Of a stretch of DNA of 64,000 bases, positions 48,984-58,046 are shown in pieces. The notes beneath the pieces were generated by a model. The model had not been told where the DNA came from. It worked only from the letters and a program-made list of their open reading frames with translations, and made no database searches. The position numbers and the translations under genes were made by a program. This DNA is from Minisyncoccota bacterium (GTDB lineage: Bacteria > Patescibacteriota > Minisyncoccia > Phycocordibacterales > PALSA-1337). Position 1 is the stretch's first letter. Every line of letters begins with the position of its first letter. The stretch is from contig JAGOVB010000001.1 of assembly GCA_018060945.1 (NCBI GenBank), positions 5,238 to 69,237 of the forward strand, given 5' to 3'.

Positions 48984-49163
48984 ATGAGTAAAATTTATAC
49001 ATCAGCAAGCAAGATCGTTTTCATTCTTATGGCAGTGGCAGTAGTTGTTGGAATGTTTTATGGAAAGGTGGATGCCAAAGATTTTATGATCCTGGCTTCA
49101 ATGGCATTTTCATTCTACTTCGCCAACAAAGGAGAAAATAACGAGCCTTTTGCAGGTAAATAG
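48984..49163 (+). CDS. Small two-TM protein (alternative holin candidate), not in supplied ORF track
   Basis: 59 aa MSKIYTSASKIVFILMAVAVVVGMFYGKVDAKDFMILASMAFSFYFANKGENNEPFAGK. ATG at 48984, TAG at 49161-49163. Two hydrophobic helices. Confidence 0.35.
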   Translation: MSKIYTSASKIVFILMAVAVVVGMFYGKVDAKDFMILASMAFSFYFANKGENNEPFAGK

Positions 49164-49256
49164 ATAGGAAGTATCGTATTCGATTTCTAAAGCTCTGTAT
49201 AAGGCCTATACGGGGCTTTAGAATACGTAATGGCCATGCTAAAATGGTTTTAACGG

Positions 49257-50330
49257 ATGAAAAAGACCCAATCTCAACTAAAACCCACATACAAAGTCAT
49301 TGATTTGTTTTCCGGATGTGGGGGACTTTCTTTTGGCTTTACAAAACAGAAATTTGATGTCATTGCAGGAATTGATAATTGGAAAGATGCACTCATCACT
49401 TTTGAGAAAAACCACAACGGGGCAAAATCTATTTTAATGGATCTCGGAAATTTTGATCCCGCTGATCTTAAAAAGAAATTAGGTAAAGTCGACATAATTG
49501 TTGGCGGCCCACCATGCCAAGGCTTCTCAATTTCTGGAAAAAGAAATCCTAGCGATCCACGTAACCAGCTTTATATTGGCTTTGTGAAAACAGTCGAGGT
49601 ATTCAAGCCGAAAGCTTTTGTTTTAGAAAATGTACCTAATCTCGTATCAATGAATGGGGGGAAAATAAAGGATGAAATCATAAAAGACTTTACTGCGCTA
49701 GGGTACGACGTTAAGTATAAGGTGATGCTCGCATCAGATTATGGCGTTCCTCAGAATCGGCGCCGAGTTGTTTTTGTTGGAATGCTCGGCAAGAATACCT
49801 TTGAATTTCCTGAGGGAGAGTTTAAGGCTGCGGATTTAAAAATAACTACTAGTCAGGCGATTTCTGATTTACCTGAACATTCAGTCGTAGATGGGTCAGA
49901 ACACAAACTAGTCTCTAAATCGATGTATCAGGCATTAATGCGAAAGGATAGTGGAAAAATCTTTAATCACGTATCCACAAATCACGATGATAAAACTGTA
50001 AAAATTATTTCACTTGTTCCCGATGGTGGAAATTTTAAGGATTTACCAAAGCACCTGAGGAAAACTCGTAATGTAAATATTGCCTGGACAAGGTATAATA
50101 GTTCAAGGCCTAGTTTTACAATTGATACAGGTCACAGGCACCATTTTCATTATAAATTCAATCGAGTGCCTACAGTTCGTGAATCTGCACGTCTCCAATC
50201 ATTTCCTGACGACTTCATATTCATGGGGTCAAAGACTAGTCAGTATAAACAAGTCGGAAATGCGGTCCCTCCGTTGATGGCTGAGAAGATCGCAAAGGCA
50301 TTGTCGGTCGCCTTAAATAAAAGACAATAA
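49257..50330 (+). CDS. DNA (cytosine-5)-methyltransferase (R-M cassette, MTase 1)
   Basis: Motif I LFSGCGGLSFGF, motif IV GGPPCQGFSISGKR, ENVPNL, and C-terminal QVGNAVPPLMA. Confidence 0.85.
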   Translation: MKKTQSQLKPTYKVIDLFSGCGGLSFGFTKQKFDVIAGIDNWKDALITFEKNHNGAKSILMDLGNFDPADLKKKLGKVDIIVGGPPCQGFSISGKRNPSDPRNQLYIGFVKTVEVFKPKAFVLENVPNLVSMNGGKIKDEIIKDFTALGYDVKYKVMLASDYGVPQNRRRVVFVGMLGKNTFEFPEGEFKAADLKITTSQAISDLPEHSVVDGSEHKLVSKSMYQALMRKDSGKIFNHVSTNHDDKTVKIISLVPDGGNFKDLPKHLRKTRNVNIAWTRYNSSRPSFTIDTGHRHHFHYKFNRVPTVRESARLQSFPDDFIFMGSKTSQYKQVGNAVPPLMAEKIAKALSVALNKRQ

Positions 50331-50334
50331 TTTT

Positions 50335-51756
50335 ATGTACGAAGTACCTGAAGAATATTTTTATAGAATCCATCACATACGACCACGTTTTAAGAATGAT
50401 GTTGAAAACGTGCTTTTTTACATGGCAACTGAAATTGCCAAACTCGATCCCGAAAAACAAGAAGCTTTCAAAGAAAAATTAAATAATACGATCAAGTTTT
50501 ATCCTGGCAACACTTCAAAAGAAGAAAAGACTATCAATAATTGGCGTACAGAAATTTCTGCTCTCTTTGGATTGATCGAATACGAGGGTGAGGTTTCAAA
50601 ACCAGGAAGAATGTCTTTGCTATTGTCAGAGACTCAAGACCTCATCGAGTTTTTTAGATATTTCTTGTTCTATTTTCAGTATCCAGGAGGGCATTTGAAG
50701 CCTGCTGAGACGTTAGAGTTTATTAAAGCAGGAATTAGATTGAAGCCAGCGAAATATCTCATGCAAGTAATGCTTGAAGGGAAAAAGCTTGTGGGCGACG
50801 AGGGAAAATTTGGTATTACCAAGGCAGAAGCAACCCATCTCATATTTAATGATCTTCGAGTAACAAGAGACCATCGACCAGCAAAGGAAACTGCTGAGAT
50901 TATTCTCGAGAATAGGAAAAATGATGTTCAGTATGATAATTCTGGTGATGTAATTCGTTACGCCGGAGATGTTTTGGATTATATGGAGCTTGCAGACCTA
51001 GTAAAGCTACGTCCGAACTATCAATATTATTTGAATACGATAAATCTTGAGACGATTCAAGCTTTTATTAATGATGGAAATTATTTTGAGCCATACGAAG
51101 CACTTTATGGAAAAGCTGATGTATCGATCGCTGATGTTGTAGCAACACAGCAAGCTTGGTTCCATTACGTAAACAACAAGCTCGATTCAAGTATATTTAA
51201 AGCCAATATTCTCTCTATTATCGAGGAAGCAGGAGCAACTACAGAGGATGCAGAAAAGAGCGCTATTATCAAAGAGGTTCTCGCACGAATCCAAGCTACT
51301 CGTGAAGGTCAGGCTATAAAAACCAAAGAGATTGGAGATATTGGCGAGACAATGGTGATTGAACATGAGAAAGCTCGTCTCACTATTTTGACTAGAGAGG
51401 ATTTGCTACACCTCATCAAGAAAATTCCTGAGACGTTTGCAGTTGGATATGACATCTCATCATATGAAGGTGAGGGTGACATTCGAAGATACATTGAAGT
51501 GAAAACTAGTATCAGCCGTGGGCGACTTGCTGCACAAAATTTCCACATGACTCCGAGTGAGTGGAGTGCGGCAAACTCTCTCCGTAAGACTTACTTCGTA
51601 TACCGTCTTATGATATCGACGAACGATGTCAGCCTTTTCTTGATCCAAGACCCAGTTGGTCAATATAAATCGGACTTGTTAGATATGATTCCTAGGGATG
51701 GGGCCGATATAAGGTATAATGAGAAGAGTGGAGTATGGGAAAAACTACTAGTATGA
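50335..51756 (+). CDS. Putative restriction endonuclease (C-terminal PD-(D/E)xK domain)
   Basis: Sandwiched between two C5-MTases with 4 nt and overlapping spacing. The C-terminus has GDIGETMVIEHEKARL...VGYDISSYEGEGDIRRYIEVKTS...FHMTPSEWSAA...YFVYRL, a D-x13-EVK nuclease motif (DUF3883-like). Confidence 0.5.
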   Translation: MYEVPEEYFYRIHHIRPRFKNDVENVLFYMATEIAKLDPEKQEAFKEKLNNTIKFYPGNTSKEEKTINNWRTEISALFGLIEYEGEVSKPGRMSLLLSETQDLIEFFRYFLFYFQYPGGHLKPAETLEFIKAGIRLKPAKYLMQVMLEGKKLVGDEGKFGITKAEATHLIFNDLRVTRDHRPAKETAEIILENRKNDVQYDNSGDVIRYAGDVLDYMELADLVKLRPNYQYYLNTINLETIQAFINDGNYFEPYEALYGKADVSIADVVATQQAWFHYVNNKLDSSIFKANILSIIEEAGATTEDAEKSAIIKEVLARIQATREGQAIKTKEIGDIGETMVIEHEKARLTILTREDLLHLIKKIPETFAVGYDISSYEGEGDIRRYIEVKTSISRGRLAAQNFHMTPSEWSAANSLRKTYFVYRLMISTNDVSLFLIQDPVGQYKSDLLDMIPRDGADIRYNEKSGVWEKLLV

Positions 51757-52796
51757 AAAACAATAAACCTTACAAAATAGTTTCCTTATTCAGTGGTTGC
51801 GGAGGGATGGATATGGGTGCAGAAGGCGGATTTACTTATTTAGGAAAAAAATACAAGAAGCATTCAACTGATTTGTTGTATGCAATGGATTTCGATAAGC
51901 CTATCTGCGAAATATATAACGCAAACTTTTCTCGTAAAATTGATGTAAAAGATATACGTGAATTAAAATCGGAAGACGTTCCCAATCACGATATCCTCAC
52001 CGGTGGCTTTCCGTGCCAATCGTTCTCAGTGAGTGCACAAAATCCAAAGAGACTTGGCTATAAGGATGCTCGAGGCAAGCTTTTCTTTGAAATGTGCAGA
52101 ATTTTAAGAGATAAACAACCTGCGGTTTTTGTAGGTGAGAACGTAAAGGGATTACTTTCAGCAAATAAGGGTGAGGCTTTTGCTCTGATCATAAAGGAAT
52201 TCGAAAAAGTTGGTTATCATGTCAAATATCAAATCTTGAATGCGTCCCACTTCGGAGTACCTCAGAAAAGAGAGCGTGTTTTCATTGTTGGATTTAGAGA
52301 TAAAAATACTTTTGATAAATTTGAATTCCCAAAGACAGTTACAGAAGGTAATCCGGTCCCACTTTCGGCCGTAGTTATTCCGGAGAAAGAGATAGAGGAG
52401 AAATACTACTTTAGTGAAAAGGCAGTAAAGGGAATGCAGGAAACTAAGAATGCAAAGACAATGAATAAAGGAAGGGCACAAGACCTAAGCGAGCCTTGCA
52501 ACACTGTTACTTCTCATCTTGCAAAAGTGAGTCTAAATAGCACTGATCCGGTCCTATTCTCAAAAGGGAAGTATAGAATGTTTACACCCAGAGAGGTGGC
52601 TCGAATTCAGTCATTTCCAGATACTTTTGTTCTGCCAGCATCACGTGGAGTAAATTATAAAGCGCTTGGTAATGCAGTCGCACCCGTAATGATGTGGTAT
52701 GTCACAAAAAAGATTATCGAGGCTTTAGAAAATAGTAATCAACCTACTACTTCTGTTGTCAGCATTTCGAGAAATCGTGAGCTAGTTACTAGTTAG
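51753..52796 (+). CDS. DNA (cytosine-5)-methyltransferase (R-M cassette, MTase 2)
   Basis: Motif I LFSGCGGMDMG, motif IV GGFPCQSFSVSAQ, ENVKGLL, and C-terminal GNAVAPVMM. ATGA overlap with the upstream gene. Confidence 0.85.
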   Translation: MKNNKPYKIVSLFSGCGGMDMGAEGGFTYLGKKYKKHSTDLLYAMDFDKPICEIYNANFSRKIDVKDIRELKSEDVPNHDILTGGFPCQSFSVSAQNPKRLGYKDARGKLFFEMCRILRDKQPAVFVGENVKGLLSANKGEAFALIIKEFEKVGYHVKYQILNASHFGVPQKRERVFIVGFRDKNTFDKFEFPKTVTEGNPVPLSAVVIPEKEIEEKYYFSEKAVKGMQETKNAKTMNKGRAQDLSEPCNTVTSHLAKVSLNSTDPVLFSKGKYRMFTPREVARIQSFPDTFVLPASRGVNYKALGNAVAPVMMWYVTKKIIEALENSNQPTTSVVSISRNRELVTS

Positions 52797-52955
52797 ACCA
52801 AGCTAAATTACAAATCTATAAACCTGATTATTCGGGCATTTTTCCTATGTTGCTGCTGAGCTTGGAGATTTGGTTATATTGTGGTATGCTGTTGTTCGTA
52901 CCTTTCCCAAGTATTTAGTGCTAGAATTATAAATATGCTCTAGCCGCAACGTAAA

Positions 52956-53474
52956 ATGACCACCCAATCTTTTTTCGCACAACCAATTTTTTTTATAATA
53001 TTAGTGCTACTTCTTTCAGTTGTAATAAATACTTTTTTTCTTCGACTCCTCATTTCTGCAATTGTGAGAAAAATAGGTGATGTACACACCAAGCTTCGGG
53101 AAGAAATTAAGTTTTCTTTGCAGCCAATTGGAGATATTCCAATGGGAGTAGAGGAAATTACCGAACTTGCAACAGAGATTTGGAGAATTGAGCAGAGACT
53201 CTCAAAAACGGCAGATAAAATATCTGACGTACACAAAAAAGGACTTGAGAATTCCGTTCAACGCCTCAAAAGATATCTACAGAAGTTCGATGTTGAAATT
53301 CAGGATTATACTGGCCAAAAATATAATGATGGCTTTAATTTTGATATCTTATCGCGCGAACAAGACCCTTCTCTCGAGCATCCCATAATAAAAGAGACAG
53401 TCGAACCAACAATCACCTGTAGGGGAAGGATAGTAAAGAAGGCAAAGGTGATTCTAGCCTCAAACCAAGTATAA
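52956..53474 (+). CDS. Membrane-anchored GrpE-like protein (putative nucleotide-exchange factor)
   Basis: N-terminal TM helix and a long helical coiled coil. The C-terminal small beta domain RLKRYLQKFDVEIQDYTGQKYNDGFNFDILS...TVEPTITCRGRIVKKAKVIL aligns with the GrpE C-terminus (GxxFDPxxH...GYKLxDRVLRPAxVxV). Assignment is tentative. Confidence 0.4.
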   Translation: MTTQSFFAQPIFFIILVLLLSVVINTFFLRLLISAIVRKIGDVHTKLREEIKFSLQPIGDIPMGVEEITELATEIWRIEQRLSKTADKISDVHKKGLENSVQRLKRYLQKFDVEIQDYTGQKYNDGFNFDILSREQDPSLEHPIIKETVEPTITCRGRIVKKAKVILASNQV

Positions 53475-53480
53475 AATTTT

Positions 53481-55973
53481 ATGGCCACCCGACACATACA
53501 AATTGGAATCGATTTAGGAACCACCAACTCGGAGGTGGCTATTAACAATGGAAGCTCTGTTGAGATAATCAAGAACGGATTCAATGATGAATATACACCT
53601 TCTGTATTTGGAATCGATAAATCCAAGAATAAAATCGTCGGTAAAAAGGCATATGAGAGACTTTTTAAGTATGCCTCAAAAGAGGAACTGGCTAATAATA
53701 AGGCTGAGGTAAAGAGAATAATGGGTACAGCCGAAACAGTTAGATTTGAGCGAACAGATGAAGATTTAAAGCCAGAAGAAATCTCAGCTGAAATCTTAAA
53801 ATCTCTAAAAGAAGACATTTTAAGAAAATACCCTGAATTCAACACAACCTCAGCTGTTATTACTATCCCGGCACATTTTTCGGTAGTTCAAGCTGAGGCA
53901 ACTAAACGAGCTGGTAATATTTCAGGTTTTGATTACGTTGTGCTTTTGCAAGAACCAATCGCCGCAGCAATTGGTTATGGATTCATGAATGCCAAAAACG
54001 AAAATTGGCTTGTTTATGATCTTGGGGGTGGTACTTTTGACGTAGCTCTTATCTCCGCAAAAGACGGACATCTTACTGTGGTAGCACAAAACGGCGATAA
54101 TTTTCTAGGTGGTAAGGATTTCGATAAATTAATTATTGAAAAAGTCTTAATTCCAAAAATTAAAGAGGAATTTAACTGTCCAGACATCAAAGAAGATAAG
54201 GTTATTTTCTCAAAACTAAAAAATCTTGCAGAAGTTGCAAAAATTGAGCTCACCTCATACGACAAGACAAATATCCAGATTGAAAATATTGGCGAGGATG
54301 CCGATGGGAAGGAAATCTACTTATCGATAGACTTTTCTCGAAGTGAATTTGAAAAGTTAATCAAACCTTTGGTAGACAGGACTATTAAACTCTCCCAAGA
54401 AACAATCAAGGAATCGGGAATAAAACAAACCTCGGTTGATAAAATCATCCTTGTTGGTGGTCCCACATTAATACCATATGTGAAAAATAGACTTGAGAGC
54501 GATTTGAAAATACAAGTGGATGCATCTGTTGATCCTTTAACCATTGTTGCTCGAGGTGCTTGTATTTATGGCGTAAGTCAGCAAGTTCCTGATGAATTTG
54601 CAAAGAAAGTGGTCCAGAATAAAGACGCAATGAATTTAAAGCTTCACTTCGACTCACTGTCCTCTGATGTTGAGACAACAGTGAGCGGAATTGTTGAGGA
54701 GTTGCGTGACAGTGAGGAAGATCACTATCTCCAAATTCAAGGAGATTCAGGTACATATAGCGGTCCCAAAGTTAAAATCAAAAATGGGAAATTTTTTGAT
54801 ACTATTACCCTAGATGCAAATCGAACGAATTTATTTTGGATATACCTTTTTGATGCACAGGGTAATGCGGTTCCTATAGAACCCGATTCATTCACCATTA
54901 TTCATGGACTCTCGATTTCTGGAGCTCCTATACCTCATGCGATTGGTGTTGGGGTGGTTAAAAAAGATTTTAAAACTGGCTTAGCAACAGAAATTTTTGA
55001 TAAATACTTTGCAAAAAACAGTGTACTTCCATTAAAAGAAACTCGAACATTTAAGACTCTAAGAAAGCTCAAGAAAGGTGATAAAGAAAATGTCTTACCT
55101 ATCAATGTATACGAGGGCGAATCTGATAGACAAGATCGAAATCAAAGAGTTTGCAGCCTGAAAATTTCAGGTGAAAAGATACCATATGATTTGCCTGAGG
55201 GCACTCCAATCGAAATTACAATCGAGATAAACGAATCTCGAGAGGTCAGCGTAAATGCATATATCGAATCAATCGATCTTTCTCTTGATGCGCGAGCGTC
55301 AATCCATGCAGAAGACCTGAATGTGGAGCAGATGAAAGAAGAGTTGGGGTCACAACGTGCTCGAATAGATAATGCTAAAGAAAATTGTTCTCCTGAGGAG
55401 CGAAAAAGTCTCGAGCATACTTATGATTCCGTAGACAATAGTCTCGACCGCGCAGAAGATGACCAAGATGAAAAGAGGAAGGCTAACAAGCAGTTGAAGG
55501 ACTTGAAATTACAGTTAGATATGATCGAAAGGGATAAGGAAATGCCTCAGTTGATTCGTGAGTTTAAGGAAGGCGTTCAGAAAGCAGCAGAGGCAATAAA
55601 GGAAGTGGGGAACAAAGAAGAATTGAATCAACACAAAGAACTACTCGACTCTCTTAAAACTGAAGGGGAAATGGCTATTGAAGACGAGGACAAACATCTT
55701 CTTATTCGTGTAAACGAACAGATTGATGACTTGAAACATAAGATCATTTTCTCAAATCCTGCTGCTTGGGCATATTTCTTTGAAAAGATTGTCAAAGATA
55801 ACAAAAAATTCATTAGTGACAAAGAAGCCGAGTATTATATCAATAAAGGTCGTCGAGCTATTGAAATGGGGGATACTGAGGAGCTCAAGCGATGTGTGAA
55901 AGGCCTGATGCTTCTCCTGCCTCCTGAGGAACAGGCGATGCTGCAAAATACGATGTCTGGAATAACATATTAA
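53481..55973 (+). CDS. Divergent Hsp70-family chaperone (DnaK paralogue) with inter-domain insertion
   Basis: NBD motifs IGIDLGTTNSEVAI, DLGGGTFDVALIS, ILVGGPTLIPYV. SBD-beta-like region NVYEGESDRQDRNQRVCSLKISGEKIPYDLPEGTPIEITIEINESREVSVNA. A long charged helical lid. About 115 extra aa between NBD and SBD. 830 aa. Confidence 0.8.
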   Translation: MATRHIQIGIDLGTTNSEVAINNGSSVEIIKNGFNDEYTPSVFGIDKSKNKIVGKKAYERLFKYASKEELANNKAEVKRIMGTAETVRFERTDEDLKPEEISAEILKSLKEDILRKYPEFNTTSAVITIPAHFSVVQAEATKRAGNISGFDYVVLLQEPIAAAIGYGFMNAKNENWLVYDLGGGTFDVALISAKDGHLTVVAQNGDNFLGGKDFDKLIIEKVLIPKIKEEFNCPDIKEDKVIFSKLKNLAEVAKIELTSYDKTNIQIENIGEDADGKEIYLSIDFSRSEFEKLIKPLVDRTIKLSQETIKESGIKQTSVDKIILVGGPTLIPYVKNRLESDLKIQVDASVDPLTIVARGACIYGVSQQVPDEFAKKVVQNKDAMNLKLHFDSLSSDVETTVSGIVEELRDSEEDHYLQIQGDSGTYSGPKVKIKNGKFFDTITLDANRTNLFWIYLFDAQGNAVPIEPDSFTIIHGLSISGAPIPHAIGVGVVKKDFKTGLATEIFDKYFAKNSVLPLKETRTFKTLRKLKKGDKENVLPINVYEGESDRQDRNQRVCSLKISGEKIPYDLPEGTPIEITIEINESREVSVNAYIESIDLSLDARASIHAEDLNVEQMKEELGSQRARIDNAKENCSPEERKSLEHTYDSVDNSLDRAEDDQDEKRKANKQLKDLKLQLDMIERDKEMPQLIREFKEGVQKAAEAIKEVGNKEELNQHKELLDSLKTEGEMAIEDEDKHLLIRVNEQIDDLKHKIIFSNPAAWAYFFEKIVKDNKKFISDKEAEYYINKGRRAIEMGDTEELKRCVKGLMLLLPPEEQAMLQNTMSGITY

Positions 55974-55977
55974 TTTT

Positions 55978-57441
55978 ATGAGCCTTTTAAAAGATAATTC
56001 ATACCACATACTAGGACTAGACACTTCTGCGAACCAAAAAGAAGTATCTAAACGGTCAAAAGAAATACTGACTCGCCTAAAAATCGATGATGTACCTCAA
56101 TATGATCTCGATCTGAATCTTTTTAAGGATTTTAGAAATGAGCACTCTGTAAAAGAGGCAGTTTCGAATCTTTCGACTCCAAAAAAACACATCAAGGAGT
56201 ATTTTTTCTGGTTTCAAATAGCGGATACTGTAGATGAGCAAGCAGTAGGTATCTTTAGAAGTGGTCACTATGAGGATGCTACGAGAGTGTGGGAACATCA
56301 TTCTTCTGAAGACAACGCAAAGTCCCTTTTGTATAAAAAAAATCTTGCCATACTTTATAGCTTACTGCTCTATAAGTCTAAGAATCAAGACTATTTAAAG
56401 AAATCAGTTGCAATATGGGGTGAGTTAGTCAATTCACCTAAATTCTGGAGCTCTTTCTCCAAGGTGCACAGGCTTCATGATGAACTCGGAGCCGAGCAAG
56501 ACGTTATAGATGATTTCAAAAAGCATGTTTCTGGTTATATTTCTGATATTTACACTGATCTATCAAACTTCCATAAGGATAACGAATTCATTGCCGCTTT
56601 CTCTAAAAACTTTGGATTGAAGGGTGAAAAGATTGAGACTGATGTGCTGAATCCAATATATAGAATCATAAACGATGCAGTAGAAGATTTGGAAAAGCTA
56701 AAAGTAAGTGATGACGGCATTTTGGACAAACATGAGTCTGACGAAATAAAACGTCTGATTTCGGTAATTCAAGCTGAGCTCAATAAACTTATTGATCTCG
56801 GACTCTATGAAGAAAGCAAAATAAAAGTGGTCAGAGATAGGGCTGCAGCTACACTTAGAAGGTTAAGCATCGAAATCAACAACAATTTGAACGATACAGG
56901 AATCGCACTTGGTCTTGCTAAGATTGCGGAAAAAATATCTGGCACAGAGAGTTTTAAAAGCAAGGTTCAGCAAGATAAGAAAACACTGCAAGACAATCAC
57001 GACTACAAAAATAAAGAGGAGAAACAGAAGGCTGTTGTTGACCCAATAATTGCTGATTTCCATGCAGGAAATACTGAGCGAGCAATACAAACAATTAATG
57101 GCTACATATACAATGACAGTACGGATAAGGACTTAAAAGAAACCCTTACTGGAATCAAAGCTGCTATTGAAGAAAGAATTGTAAAGAATGGAAAGCCTGT
57201 GTCGAAGGCTCCAGCGATGCAGAGTATTAATGGTTTCGGTACTACCATCTACGGCGATACTGTTTATGCCATAGCTTTGTTTGTCCCTCTTTTCGCAATT
57301 GGGAGATACAAGGTTACGAATCATGGAGGCAATAGCTACTCATTCCAAGGTAAGCTGGAGCTTAAAAAATGGCAGAAGATTTATAACTGGGTGGTCCCAG
57401 GGATAATTATTCTTTGGATACTAATATCTTATAACAGCTAA
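55978..57441 (+). CDS. J-domain-like protein lacking HPD, with C-terminal TM anchor
   Basis: N-terminal SYHILGLDTSANQKEVSKRSKEILTRL...EAVSNLSTPKKHIKEYF follows the J-domain helix II/III pattern, but the HPD position reads IDD. Helical repeat middle region. Two C-terminal hydrophobic helices. Confidence 0.45.
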   Translation: MSLLKDNSYHILGLDTSANQKEVSKRSKEILTRLKIDDVPQYDLDLNLFKDFRNEHSVKEAVSNLSTPKKHIKEYFFWFQIADTVDEQAVGIFRSGHYEDATRVWEHHSSEDNAKSLLYKKNLAILYSLLLYKSKNQDYLKKSVAIWGELVNSPKFWSSFSKVHRLHDELGAEQDVIDDFKKHVSGYISDIYTDLSNFHKDNEFIAAFSKNFGLKGEKIETDVLNPIYRIINDAVEDLEKLKVSDDGILDKHESDEIKRLISVIQAELNKLIDLGLYEESKIKVVRDRAAATLRRLSIEINNNLNDTGIALGLAKIAEKISGTESFKSKVQQDKKTLQDNHDYKNKEEKQKAVVDPIIADFHAGNTERAIQTINGYIYNDSTDKDLKETLTGIKAAIEERIVKNGKPVSKAPAMQSINGFGTTIYGDTVYAIALFVPLFAIGRYKVTNHGGNSYSFQGKLELKKWQKIYNWVVPGIIILWILISYNS

Positions 57442-57442
57442 T

Positions 57443-58045
57443 ATGAGCGACCATCTTAATTTTGATACAGACTTCCTCAATAGCACTAAGGCTACCCCAA
57501 AGCCTAAGGTTAATTCACCTAAACAATCAGGTGGATCGGGAGGTGGCAATGATACAGTAAAAAAATGGGCGTGGGGAATAGGAATTGTGCTTGGTATAAT
57601 TGTACTTTCCGCCTTGTTTGATGATTCTAGTTCAACATCAACATATACACCACCAGCTACACCAGCGACAACACAAGCATCCGGAGGAGATGACAATACT
57701 TTTACTTACAATGGTCAAACCTTCAGGTGTTCTGATTACCATTACGACAAAGCAATTGCGTTACGACCGAATGCTACTCTTAGCTCTCAACTTGATACTG
57801 AAGCAGCAGGATTCGAAACTAGATTGGCGGCGTTGAAAAGAGAAAAAGATCGAATAGATGACATGTATGTCGATGAATATGATCAGGATTCCTTGGATGA
57901 GTATAATGCGGCTGTTGATAGCTTTAATTATAATAACAATAAATATAAGAGTGATGTTTCCTTATTCGAAGTGAGAGCTGAAGCATTCGACCGTCAAATT
58001 GATACCTACAACAACTACTTGGATGCTAATTGCAGACCACAATAA
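57443..58045 (+). CDS. Single-pass membrane protein with Ser/Thr/Pro-rich linker
   Basis: TM segment WAWGIGIVLGIIVLSALF followed by a roughly 140 aa extracytoplasmic domain. Confidence 0.35.
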   Translation: MSDHLNFDTDFLNSTKATPKPKVNSPKQSGGSGGGNDTVKKWAWGIGIVLGIIVLSALFDDSSSTSTYTPPATPATTQASGGDDNTFTYNGQTFRCSDYHYDKAIALRPNATLSSQLDTEAAGFETRLAALKREKDRIDDMYVDEYDQDSLDEYNAAVDSFNYNNNKYKSDVSLFEVRAEAFDRQIDTYNNYLDANCRPQ

Positions 58046-58046
58046 T

